Source of the DNA: Phyllobates terribilis
Taxonomy: Eukaryota
Reading direction: 5' to 3'
Assembly (NCBI RefSeq): GCF_046119375.1
Contig: NW_027362770.1
Span: forward strand, 194,680,001 to 194,744,000
DNA length: 64,000 nucleotides
The notes beneath the pieces were generated by a model. That model searched no databases. It worked only from the letters and a program-made list of their open reading frames with translations, and was not told where the DNA came from. Of the stretch, positions 51,043 through 63,783 are shown in pieces (the stretch's first letter is position 1; every line of letters starts with the position of its first letter). Made by a program: the position numbers and the translations under genes.

Positions 51043-53157
51043 TAGATGGAGGCCCGATTCTAATGCATCGGGTATTCTAGAGTATGTATGCGGCCGACCG
51101 GGCGCAATCAGCTTAGCGGTGTTTAAATTTGGCGCCAAAATCGCTGATTGGTCGAGGCCGGCAAAAGTGACCAATCACCAAAGCGGTGTTAAAATTTGGC
51201 GGCTATATCGCAGATTGGTCACGGCCGGCGGTCGCGACTAATCAGCAGAACGGGGTTTAAATTTGGCGCCAATAATGCTGATTGGTCACGGCCAGCGAAC
51301 GTGACCAATCAGCGGAGCGGGGTTTAAATTTTGTGGCAATAATGGTGATTGGTCACGGCCGCGACCATTTAGCAGAGCGGTGTTTACATTTTGCGGCAAT
51401 AATGCTGATTAGTCGCGGCCGGCAATTTGGCGTCAACAATGCTGATTAGTCGCGGCCGGCAACAGCGACCAATCAGCAGAGCGGGGTTTAAATTTGGCGC
51501 CAAAATTGCTGATTGGTGGCAGCCGGCGGTCGCGACCAATCAGCAGAGGGGGTTTAAATTTGTCGCCAATAATGCTGATTGGTCGCAATCGCCGGCCGCA
51601 ACCAATCAGCCGAGCAGGGTTTAAATTTGGCGCCAATACTGCTGATTGGTCATGACCGGCAACCGCGACCAATCAGCAGAGCGGGTTTTAAATTTGGCGC
51701 CAATAATGCTGATTAGTCGCGTCCGGCATTCGCGACCAATTAGCAGAGCGTTGTTTAAATTTGGCGCCAAGCTCGTTGATTGGTCGCGGACGCCAGCCGC
51801 GACCAATCATCACAGTAGTGTTTAAGTGTGGCGGCAAGATCGGTGATTGGTCGCGGCCGCTATTTAAATGTGGCGCCCAAATCGGTGATTGGTCGCCGGC
51901 AGTGGTCGCGACCTATCAGCAGAGCGGTGTTTAACTTTAGCGCCAAGATCACTGATTGGTCGCGTGCGGTGAGCGTGACCTATCAGCGAATCGTATTGGT
52001 GAGGAGCGGGGAGCGGAATCGTATTATTGAGGACCGGAGAGCACCGCTGCCTGTGCGGCTACTTCAGCTGCGAGAAGCCGGGAGTTGAGCGACTGCTCGC
52101 AGCAGAAGTGTCCCGACGCGCAGCGCCGCTCCCCGTTCCTCCCTTCACACCCTAGCCGCTGATGTCCCCACAGTATCCACATGGTGTTACAAAGGTCCGG
52201 ACATTTGTGTTAAAAATCGCTGATTGGTCGCCGGCGCTGCCCCCGACCAATCATCGATTTGGACGCCAAATTTAAATATCGGCCGCGACCAATCACCGAT
52301 CTTGGCTCCACATTTAAACACCGCTGTGCTGATTGGTCGCGGACGCTATTTAAATGTGGCGCCAAAATCAATGATTGGTCGCGCCCAGCGTCGGCGACCA
52401 ATCAGCACAGCGGCGTTTAAATTTGCCGCCCATCTCGCTGATTGCTCGCGGTGGCCGGCCGCGATTAATCAGCAGAGCGGCGTTTAAATTTGCCGCCCAT
52501 CTCGCTGATTGGTCACGGCCGCCCACCGTGACCAATCAGCACAGCGGCGTTTAAATTTTTCGCCCATCTCGCTGATTGGTCGCGGTCGGCCACCGCGACC
52601 AATCAGCAGAGCGGCGTTTAAATTTGCCGCCCATCTCGCTGATTGGTCGCGGCCGGCCACCGCGACCAATCAGCGTCGTATTAGTGTGGGCCCGGGAGCG
52701 GCGCTGCTTGTGCGGCTCCGTATTAGCGAGGACCGGGGAGCGGCGCTGCCTGTGCGGCTCCTTCTGCTGCGAGAAACCGGGAGATGAGCGGCTACTCGCA
52801 GCAGAAGCATCCCGACCGGCGGCGCCGCTCCCCGGTCCTCCGTTCACACTTGCTGTCGGGAGATCAGCGGGCCATGCCGCTGATCTTCCGACGTTAGCCG
52901 CATGGAGGTCAGCGGCGCCGGTCGGGGTAGTAGTGCTGCTAGCGCTGTTCATCTCCCCGCTGCATCGCCGCTGAGCTCCGTCCCGCAGATGAGCCGCTAA
53001 CGGCCGCCATCTTTTTTCAGATATCCCGCGGCGCTGATTGGCCACTGCCAGACCAATGAGCGACGCGGGATTTCCTGGACAGACAGATAGACAGAAAGAC
53101 AGACAGACAGAAAGACAGACAGACAGACAGACGGGATAAGACAATTATATATATAGA
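51042..53157 (-). mobile_element. Non-autonomous Helitron (H7)
   Basis: CTAG at 51042-51045 with hairpin; TCTATATATA 5' end at 53157. Confidence 0.9.
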
Positions 53158-53165
53158 TATATATA

Positions 53166-56100
53166 CTAGATGGTGGCCCGATTCTAATGCATCGGGTATT
53201 CTAGAATTTGCATGCGGCTGACCGGGCGCCACTAAGCAGCGAAGCAGTGTGTAAATGGGTTGTGCACTACTTTTAATTAACTTCACAATGTATCCCCTCG
53301 GGGCCCCTAATGAATTTTGTCATCACGTCATGTTGTCAATCCTGCTTGTGACAACATCGCTGACGACGCACAGCCAGCACGTAATTCTCCCGACTGCAGC
53401 AGGATCTTGCTTCCGTTTACATCACCACTATTTGCGGCTGCAGCCGGGGGTCTGCTGTTCCCCGCACCACAGTGAATGACGGGCTCTGGCCGGGGTTATC
53501 CCCCATCGTGTCACATCCAGCATCCACAGCGCGGTCTGTCAATGTGGTTTGTATGGCTGCGTCATTCCTCTAATCCTGGTTTGTATGGCTGACTTATTTT
53601 GGATTGTACGCCTTCCTCATCTTAGCTTGTATGGCCCCCTTATCCTGGTTTTGTATGACCTTCTCATTCCCCCATCTCTACAGCACAGTTCAAAAACTAA
53701 ACCCTAATCCTCCCCTTGTTTCCTTTTCTCTGCTCCAGCGCTGTCTGTCCTGTTTTCAGCAGCTCCTCGCAGGGTGTGAGGCACAGCACGCGCTCTCAGA
53801 TACTGCTGTGATTAGCTGCTGTCTGTCCTGTTTTCAGCAGCTCCTCGCAGGGTGTGAGGCACAGCACGCGCTCTCAGATACTGCTGTGATTAGCTGCTGT
53901 CTGTAGATTCGCTGCTTTCACGCCGGCACTAAGTGCAGGAGAGGCACAAATCTGCATTCACTTTAGTAGCAGATGCTGCAGATGTCGCTATGAAGATTTA
54001 ACAATAATACAATGAATACACAGAATAATACTTTATTAACTATTATTGGTTATAGAACTTAATACAACTGAACAAAATTATTAAACAGATGATCAAAATA
54101 TATAAACTATTCCATGAATATGTAACAATATTTTACAATAAATCATCGGACAAAAGAAGTACGACCCTAGAATTTATTTCTTAACAATATCAACCTAAAA
54201 TATTTTTGTACACAACATTTTTGGTGACTACTTTTGGACTATCTGTAAGCAACTTTCCTTGTAAATGGGTATCCAAAACTTGCACCTTGACATTGAATCT
54301 CATTTTAACTCTTGAAAATGCAACATAGAGTTGTCCATGTCCAAAAACGGGCTCCGGTAAATATATGCCAACACGGTGTAGAGTTTGACCTTGTGACTTG
54401 TTTATTGTCATGGCAAATGCTGGTTTTACTGGAAACTGTCGACGTCGAAGCCTAAATGGAAGACCGGTGTCTGAAGGACATAAATCAATGCGTGGAATGA
54501 ACACTTCGTCTCCTTTTGCAGATCCAGTGATCACTCTTGATTGAATTATGTGGGAATGGAGTCCAGTAACAATAAGGCGAGTTCCATTACATTGACCATT
54601 TCTTGTATTTAGATTCCGAAGCAACATTACGATTGCTCCAACTTTAAGTTGTAGTCTGTGGGATGGCATTCCTGATGGCGTAACACTATTTAAATTTCAA
54701 CTGGATAATGCTCTCGTTCATCTTCATTGTCGACATCCACTGAATCATCACTTTTGTACAATTTATACTCTCCAGGCATTCTATCCATCACACGGGAATT
54801 TAGCAGAGCTACGTCATCGTTCTTGGGACAGAGAATTGCATAGGAAGAGGCCCTCTCAACACTGCTTTGGTCGCTCACATCTATTTCAACGCGTTGTCCA
54901 AAAACATCACTTACGATGCAGTCAGTGCACAACATGTCTTCTGGTATTTCAATAATGTCTTCTCCAAGGTTATATTCATTGCTAAGTTCACCATTACCAA
55001 GTTTAAGAAGCCAGTTGCTGTACTCTGGGTCAGAAGATCGCATGTTGTTAATTAGTTGTAGTTTATTAAAATCTTTCCAAAGGTCTGACATTTTTAAGGT
55101 TGACTCGATAATATTTGTTCTTGTTCCATTCGGTACAACTGGAAGGCATTGCCTAAAATCTCCGCCAAGGACAAAAACTTTACCTCCAAAAGGAATTTCA
55201 TTTTTTTCTGCAATATTTGCAGTCATAACTTCACGCAGAAGTCTGTCAATTAAGCTCAAAGCATATTTGGGTGCCATGGTGCACTCATCAAGTATCAAAA
55301 GATTTGCACTGTTTAACTGTTTTCCTGCAAATGTGTCTTGTTTTATTCTGGAAACGGAGATTTCATTGACTGGAACCGGTATCCCAAAGAGTGAATGCAT
55401 AGTGCGACCTCCTCTTAAAAGGTTTGCTGCAATACCTGTTGTAGCCGATGGCAGTACGACTTTTCCTAACCCTCTAACGTGATGCATTAAAACTTCATAG
55501 AGGTATGTTTTACCGCTGCCTCCAGGACCGTCAATAAAGAAACATTTTGGCGTTGGATCGGCTTGGTTTTCTTCAGCGCTCACAATAGTGTCATATGCAA
55601 TCCATTTTTGTTGATTTAAGGAGTTTTTCTACTCTCTTGCCAACAATAATTCATAAGCTTCGTCATACTCTTGAATTTGTGCAACTTGACTTGCAGGTTG
55701 TGTCAAATTAAAGTCTGAAAACGTTTTTCCATCCAGTAGTAGGACATTTTGGACATCTTGCATGGCATAACATTCGCAATTGTGACAATTTCCACTTTAG
55801 TTGTGAAGACGTAAGCAGTAATCTTCAATTAAATGTTCTTTGAAATTTGTCCAAAGTTGAGCCGGATTTGTAGGCGGTCCAAAGACACAAATATAGGCAA
55901 ACAATTCACGAAGTTTCTTAGGCATACGTAGGGTAACTACATACATATGCATTGCATTTGGCTATCTGGGTTAGTACAAACTTTATTGTTATTGCACCTT
56001 CTGTCTCTGTTTACCATATTTACTTATTCATGATGTAGCACTTTTTATTTCTATTCTTTGAGTCCATCATTAGCACTATGCACTTTATTGTGGACTTCAT

Positions 56101-59100
56101 TTAAACACAGGTATCATACATATTGTTCTATTTGGTATATAGTGATTGAGTATATAATGTATCAATCATATTCCATGTATTGTCCTAGCCAGTAACCTTT
56201 TCATTGTGTTATCCTTTCCCTATTTATCCTTCCATGTATATTTTATCATATCTATTCAATAAACATTATCGATTTTAATAATGTAGTTGATGTGTCACAT
56301 ATGTAGGTTGTCTCTAATATAGACACATTTACGCCTGAGCATATTTGAATATAGTCCTTAGATATGTAGGGTATCTGCGTCTTCTAAAGTAAACGTCCAC
56401 ATAGTATCATCCAATAGAAGTCCTAATGCCAAAGCTGCAGCTTTAAATGTTTCGTGCAATCTCCATTAACTGTTTTCAAATCTTCGTAACTTCTAGCTCC
56501 TTTGACATGCAGTAGTAACAGCCGAAAGCAATATCTTTGTTGATCCTTGACACTAACAGTATACATGCATCCAATTATTCTGCTAAGTCCTCATTGTCTT
56601 GGCTTCCAAGTTTTATTCCAAACGTGATGCTCTGGAATCTCTCGATACAAATACTGCCTTGCGTTTTCGTCACGTTGGTTCAGCAAAAAACATTCCATTA
56701 ATGTTGACGTTGTGCTTAAATTTTTTGAGACATCTTCGACTTGAGCATTTTCAAAGAAATAAAGCTGCTGTTGATTTGGTAAATGAATAGCTAAACGTAT
56801 AATGGCATGGGACTGTGAATGCATTGGAAGCGCAAATATTCTCCAAGCAGCTTCTGGAGCACTGACATATCTTGAGTCAACAAACCGTGATGATTCATCG
56901 TGATTGACTGTTTTTTGTTGTATTTCGACGTTAGCTTTGTCATGCCCCTTGTAGATGTACTTGAAAAGATATTTAACACTTTTTATTGAAGCGTAGATTT
57001 CAACGTTGATGTGACAGTTGTAGCGTTTTAATAAGTACGGGTTGTATGGAACTATCCATGAGTTATTTATAATCTTTTTATTGTGTACAATATTATCAAT
57101 CAGTTGTCTCTGGTAGGATGGGTAGCCGTCCAAATCTTTAACAATGTGCTGTTTCAACTGCTTTGGAAACCCTTTTGTACACTTTCCATTTTCCATGCAT
57201 GGACTTTTTGGATTTGCTACACCGTATGGACCATGAACCATATTACAGATTACAATATTATACAGCTCAGGATACTTTTTCTTGGTTAGGAATTTCAGCC
57301 CACACTATGTTGTCAATTTCATCCTCCGTGCGAAACTTGGAATCCGCGTCTAAAATAATTAGTATATGCGCATGTGGGAGACCTCGTTTCTGAAACTCTA
57401 TGACATGTACCATTGCTATGACTGTTCCAAAATGCCCATTTTTGATGTCTTTAAAAAGGCTGCTGAGTTTTAGTCGAAATACGCGTGCAACTAAGTCCGG
57501 CCTGTGTTCAACTTGCTGCCAGGGTTGTAGATTTTCTGTAATTTCCGGCCATTTAGGATTACAGGTTATTGTTAAAAAAATGTCAGGTCTTCCATACTTT
57601 GTTACTATTGCCATTGCATCTTGATAACGCTGTTGCATGTTGCGGGGGCTACCTTCAAAGGACGACGGGAGAATTACTGTTTTTCCAATTGGAATTCCTT
57701 TTTGAATGGATTGTTTTAGCAAATGTTCTCGAAGAATGCAGTAGTCTTCAACTTTAAGTTGTTTTTGGTTCATTCGTATTAAATTGAGCCGATTAGCTTC
57801 AATTTTAACGTATGCGTCGACTAAGTACTGTTGTGTCAGTTTCCCACCGTTTAAAATAGGATTGAAGTAATTTCGCACAGACAGAAGAAAACTGAAGTAC
57901 TGTAGTTGTGTAATTCTTCTTGAATTTCCTTGCTGGTGTAGGTTTTCATGCCACCCTTGATCACTGCTTGGAAAGAATAGCGGATACAGAAGAGCATCAA
58001 GGTTGCTGTGCAAAATGCTAATACGTTGTGTTTTAGGAACGAAAGGGTTGTTTTTGTCTGGCTTAAGATGGACTAATATATCTCTTTGAAAAGGAGGCTC
58101 TCCATCATCGTTTTGAAAAACAACTGCGACCTCACTTACACGTGGTTTGTTGTAACATCGGGGATCTTGTTGACGTTCTAGAAGGCATTTCCGTTCCATT
58201 TTGTATAGCTCTCTGTTCCTCCTCAGCTTCGACGTCTTTTAGCATGCGATATGCGGCATCAAATGGGCTGATTGTTTGTAAATGTACGGCAATTATGTTC
58301 ATCAGTTCTGCATTACACTTTTCATTTTCTTTTCGGTTCATCCTTTGTTCTGTAGCCTCATTTGGATCAAAGATGTATAATTGTGCAAATGTTGGTGGTT
58401 GTCCTAGCTCTGGGTGAAGTGTTCCAGTGCGGTGGTAGATCTGGCCATGAATTTTAAAACAATACGGTCCGAATCCAGGGGGTGGTGCAATGTTGGCACC
58501 AAGTGAAGCAAACGCATGAGAACTGTTGATACTTCTGATATTTTCCATAAAATTTATACTGTGTTCATGTGTTCCTTTCATCAACTGCTCAAACAGATCT
58601 GAGTAGTGACATCTGGGTAGCATAACTTTTCCTTTTTGGCAGCACTTAGTAAACTGATTGTCGGATGTTTTTTCCTCGATGAAATTCAAAGAGTCGCATT
58701 TTGAACAAACTACATTCATCTTCCCACAGTAGTGTTGAATAATTATAGTTTCACTGTCTGTTACATAACGTGCAAGTTGTTGAATGTTCTGCTGGGTTTG
58801 CCTTAGTTGGTAGAGCATTCGTTTTTGATAAATCTGTCGATCGTGTTGTTCTCGGTTTGTCCTGGATTCTGGAGATTCATTCAGCCGACATTGTCTATGG
58901 TATTCCGCATCGTGTTCCTGTCTAGCCGCAGTGTGTTGCGGTCTTTCCCGTTCCCGACATTGTCTGTGAGATTCTGCATCCTGGGCTTGTCTGGCGACAG
59001 TGTGTTGTGGTGTCTCCTGTTCCCGACATTTTCTGTGAGATTCCGCATCCTGGGCTTGTCTGCCGGCAATGTGTTGTGGTGTCTCCTGGTCCCGAAGTTT

Positions 59101-61690
59101 TCTGTGAGCTTCCGCATCCTGGGCTTGTCTACTGGCAGTGTGTCGTGGTGTCTCCTGTTGCCGAATTTTTCTGTGAGCTTCCGCATCCTGGGCTTGTCTG
59201 GCGGCAGTGTGTGGTGTTGATTCCTGCTTCCGAAGTTTTTAGTGAGCTTCCGCATCCTGGGCTTGTCTGCCCGCAGTGTGTTGTGGTGTCTCCTGTTCCC
59301 GACGTTTTTGGTGAGATTCCGCATCCTGGGCTTGTCTGGCGGCAATGTGTTGCGGTGTCTCCTGTCCCGGTGTTTTTGGCGATATTCTGCATCCTTGGCT
59401 TGTCTGGCGGCAGTGTGTTGCGGTGTCTCCTGTTCCCGGCGTTTTTGTTGAGACTCTGCATCGTGGGCTTGTCTTGCGGCAGTGTGTTGCGGTGTCTCTT
59501 GTTCCCGGCGTTTTTTGTGAGATTCCGCATCCTGGGCTTGTCTGGCGGCAGTGTGTTGCGGTGTCTCCTGTTCTCGGCGTTTTTTGTGAGATTCCGCATC
59601 CTGGGCTTGTCTGGCGGCAGTGTGTTGTGGTGTCTCCTGTTTCCTGCGTTTTTTGTGAGATTCCGCATCCTGGGCTTGTCTTTCGGTAGTGTGTTGCGGT
59701 GTCTCCCGTTTCCGACATTGTCTGTGAGCTTCTGCATCCTGGGCTTGTCTGGCGGCAGTATGTTGTGGTGTCTGTTGCTCTCGACGTTGTCGTTTTCTTG
59801 CTGCTTCTGCTGCTTTTCTGTCTTCCTCCGTGGCGTATTTTCGCTTACGACCCATTATAAAACAGGAAGCGTAAAGAAGTATCTCTTCAGCGCGCTGTCA
59901 CTGGCAGAGCGTGTTCAGTAAACCTGACAGAAGTCCATCGCACAGTGTGACAGAAGTCCATCGCACAGTGTGACAGAAGTCCCTCGCACAGTGTAACAGA
60001 GAAAACCTGCACAGTACGTTATGAGCAGTTTGTGAGTCACATGACCACATGGGCGGAGTTAGGCCTGCCTTCTCCCGAAGGTGGCGTAGCTATTTGAAAT
60101 GTTGCGGTAATTGGCCAGAGAGCGTGTTTAAATTTGGCGTGAAAATCTGTGATTGCTCGCGGGCGGCGTCTGCGACAAATCATAGAAGCGGGTTTTAAAT
60201 CTCGCGCACCGTGTTACTAAGGAGCGGACAGCATGTTTGAATTTAGCGTTAAAATCTCTGATTGGTCGTGGCAGGAGGGCGCGACCAATCAGCAAATCGT
60301 ATTGGTGAGGACCGGGGAGCGGCTGCCTGTGCGGTTACTTCCGCTGCGAGAAGCCGGGAGATGAGCGACTGCTCGCAGCAGAAGTATCCAGATCCGCAGC
60401 GCCGCTCCCCGGTCCTCCCTTGACACGCTAGCCGCTGATCTCCCGACAGTAGTCGCATGGTGTTACTAAGGACCGGACATTTGTGTCCAAAATCGCTGAT
60501 TGGTCGCGGGCGCTGCCCGATTACCGATTTAGGCGCCACGTTTAAATAGTGGCCGCGACCAATCACCGATCTTGGCGCCACATTTAAACACTGCTGTGCT
60601 GATTGGTCGCGAACGCTGCCTGCGACCAATCACCGATTTGGGAGCCACATTTAAATAGCGGGCGCGACCAATCACCGATCTTGGCGCCACATTTAAATAC
60701 TGCTGTGCTGATTGGTAGCGGACGCTGCCCGCGACCAATCACTGATTTGGGCGCCACATTTAAATAGCGGCCGTGACCAATCACCGCTCTTGCAGACACA
60801 TTTAAACACCACTGTGCTGATTGGTCGCGGACGCTGCCCGCGACCAATCACCGATTTGGGCGCCACATTTAAATAGCGGCCGCTACCAATCACCAATCTT
60901 GCAGACACATTTAAACACCTCTGTGCTGATGGGTCGCGGACGCTGCCCGCGACCAATCACCGTTTTGTGCGCCACATTTAAATAGCGACCGCGACCAATC
61001 ACCGATCTTGCAGACACATTTAAACACCGCTGTGCTGATTGTTCGCGGACGCTGCCCTCGACCAATCACCGATTTGGGCGCCACATTTAAATAGCGTCCA
61101 CGACCAATCAGCACAGCGGTGTTTAAATGTGTCTGCAAGATCGGTGATTGGTCGTGGCCGCTATTTAAATGTGGCTCCCAAATCGGTGATTGGTCACGGG
61201 CAGCGTCCGCAACCAATCAGCACAGCGGTGTTTAACTTTTGCGGCAAGATCATTGATTGGTCGCGGCCGGAGACCACGACCAATCATCGAATCGTATTGG
61301 TGAGGACCGGTGAGGGGAATCGTATTGGTGAGGACCTGGGAGCGTCGCTGCCTGTGCGGCTACTTCCGCTGTGAGAAGCCGAGAGATGAGCGGCTGCTCG
61401 CAGCAGAAGTATCCTGACCCGCAGCGCCGCTCCCCGGTCTTCCTTGACACCCTAGCCGCATGGAGGTCAGCGGCGTCGGCGGACGGGGTCCTTCTGCTGC
61501 TACGGATCGGGAGATGAGCGCCTCGCGCCGGTCATCTCCCGGCTGCATGTCCGTCCCGCAGATGAGCCGCTAACGGCCGCCATCTTTTTTCAGAAATCCC
61601 GCGCTGCTGATTCGCCGCTGCCGGACCAATGAGCGACGCGGGATTTACTGGACAGACAGACAGATGGGATAAGACAATTATGTATATAGA
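53166..61690 (-). mobile_element. Full-length autonomous-type Helitron (H8), 8.5 kb, coding region disrupted
   Basis: 5' TCTATATACA at 61690, CCAAT-array region about 60100-61600, RepHel remnant, 3' hairpin CCCGAT...ATCGGG plus CTAG at 53166-53169; termini shared with the short copies. Confidence 0.93.
54190..59855 (-). pseudogene. Helitron RepHel (23-aa repeats, Cys region, HUH Rep, Pif1-family helicase) with multiple frameshifts, stops and an insert
   Basis: Rep motifs FLTITCNPKW, EFQKRGLPHAHIL, YLFKYIYK; helicase GPGGSGKT, LILDE, GGDFRQCLPV, LKVGAIVMLLRNL, FAMTINKSQGQT, HGQLYVAFSRV. Confidence 0.95.
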
Positions 61691-63783
61691 CTAGATGGTG
61701 GCCCGATTCTAACGCATCGGGTATTCTAGAATATGTATGCGGCCGACCGGGCGCAAGCAGCAGAGCGGTGTTTACATTTGGCGCCAAAATCGCTGATTGC
61801 TCGAGGCCAGCAACCGCGACCAATCAGCAAAGCGGTGTTAAAATTTGGCGCCTATATCGCAGATTGGTCACGGCCGGCGGTCGCGACTAATCAGCAAAGC
61901 GGGGTTTAAATTTGGCGCCAATAATGCTGATTGGTCGTGGCCAGCGAACGGGACCCATCAGCAGAGCGGGGTTTAAATTTGGCAGCAATAATGCTGATTG
62001 TTTGCGGCCGGCGTTCGCGACCAATCAGCAGAGCGGTATTTAAATTTGGCGCAAATAATGGTGATTGGTCACGGCCGCGACCAATCAGCAGAGCGGTGTT
62101 TAAATTTGTCGCCAATAATGCTGGTTATTCGTGACCGGTAACCGCGACCAATGAGCAGAGCGGTGTTTAAATATGGCGCCAATATCGCTGATTGGTTGCG
62201 GACGGCCACCGAGACCAATCAGCAGAGCGTTGTTTAAATTTGGCGCCAATCTCGCTGATTGGTCGCGGCTGGCGTCCGCGACCAATCAGCAGAGCGGTGT
62301 TTTAAATTGCCACCAAAATCGCTTATTGGTCGGGGCCGGCCACCGCGACGAATCAGCAGAGCGGGGTTTAAATTTGCCGCCGCCCATATCGATGATTGGT
62401 CGGGGCCGGCGGCCGCCACCAATCAGCGTCGTATTAGTGAGGACCGGGGAGCGGCGCTGCCTGTGCTGGTACTTCCGCTGCGAGCAGCTGGGAGATGAGC
62501 GGCTGCTCGCAGCAGAAGCATCCCGACTGGCGGCGAAGCTCCTCGGTTCTCCGTTCACACTTGCCGTCAGGAGATCATAGCGCTGTTTAAATTAGGCGCC
62601 AATCTCGCTGATTGGTCGCGGTCGGTTGGCGGCCGCGACCAATCAGCAGAGCGTTGTTTAAATTTGGCGCTAATCTTGCTGATTGGTCGCGGTCGGCTGT
62701 CATCCGCGACCAATCAGCAGAGCGTTGTTTAAATTTGGCGACAATCTCGCTGATTGGTTGCATCTGGCGTCCGCGACCAATCAGCAGAGCGTTGTTTAAA
62801 TTTGGCGCCAAGCTCGCTGATTGGTCACGGCTGGCGTCCGCGACCAATCAGCAGAGCATTGTTTAAATTTGGTGTCAAGCTCACTGATTGGTTGCGGCTG
62901 GCGTCCGCGACCAATCAGCACAGCAGTGTTTAAATGTGGCGGCAAGATCGGTGATTGGTCGCGGGCGATATTTAAATGTGGCGGCCAAATCGGTGATTGG
63001 TCGCGGGCAGCGTCAGCGACCAATCAGCGATTTTTAACACAAATGTCCGGATCTTTGTAACACCATGCGGATACTGTGGGGACATCAGCGGCTAGGGTGT
63101 GAAGGGAGGACCAGGGAGCGGCGCTGCGGGTTGGGATACTTCTGCTGCGAGCGCCCGCTCATGTCCCGGGTTCTCGCAGCGGAAGTATCCACACAGGCAG
63201 CGCTGCTGATATCCATGCGGCTAGGGTGTGAAGGGAGGACCGGGGAGCGGCGCTGACATCCAATTGGTCGCGGCCGCTATTTAAATGTGCCGCACAAATT
63301 GGTGATTGGTCGCGGTCTTGGCCCGCGACCAATCACTGATCTTGCCGCAAAAGTGGCCCGCGACCAATCACCGATTTGGGCGCCAAATTTAAATATCGTC
63401 CGCGACCAATCACCGATCTTGGCTCCACATTTAAACACAGCTGTGCTGATTGGTCGTGGACGCTATTTAAATGTGATGACAAAATCGGTGATTGGTCACG
63501 CCCAGCGTCGGCGACCAATCAGCACAGCGGTGTTTAAATGTGGAGCCAAGATCGGCAATTGGTAGCGGCCGATATTTAAATTTGCCGCCCAAATCGGTGA
63601 TTGGTCGCGGGCACCGTCCGCGACCAATCAGCAAAGTAGTGTTTAACTTTTGCGTTAAGATCAGTGATTGGTCGGGTCCGAAGACCGCGACCAATCATCG
63701 AATCGTCTTGTTGAGGACCGGGGAGCGGCGCTGCTTGGGCGGGTACTTCCGCAGCGAGAACCCGGGACATGAGCAGGCGCTCG
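61691..63783 (-). mobile_element. Helitron (H9), 3' part; 5' end interrupted or outside the window
   Basis: CTAG at 61691-61694 with hairpin, CCAAT arrays; homology stops at about 63783. Confidence 0.85.

Noticed and set aside
54190-59855. Active Helitron transposase or host PIF1 gene
   Set aside because: At least six frame disruptions plus an insert; Rep motifs and Helitron termini show it is TE-derived.
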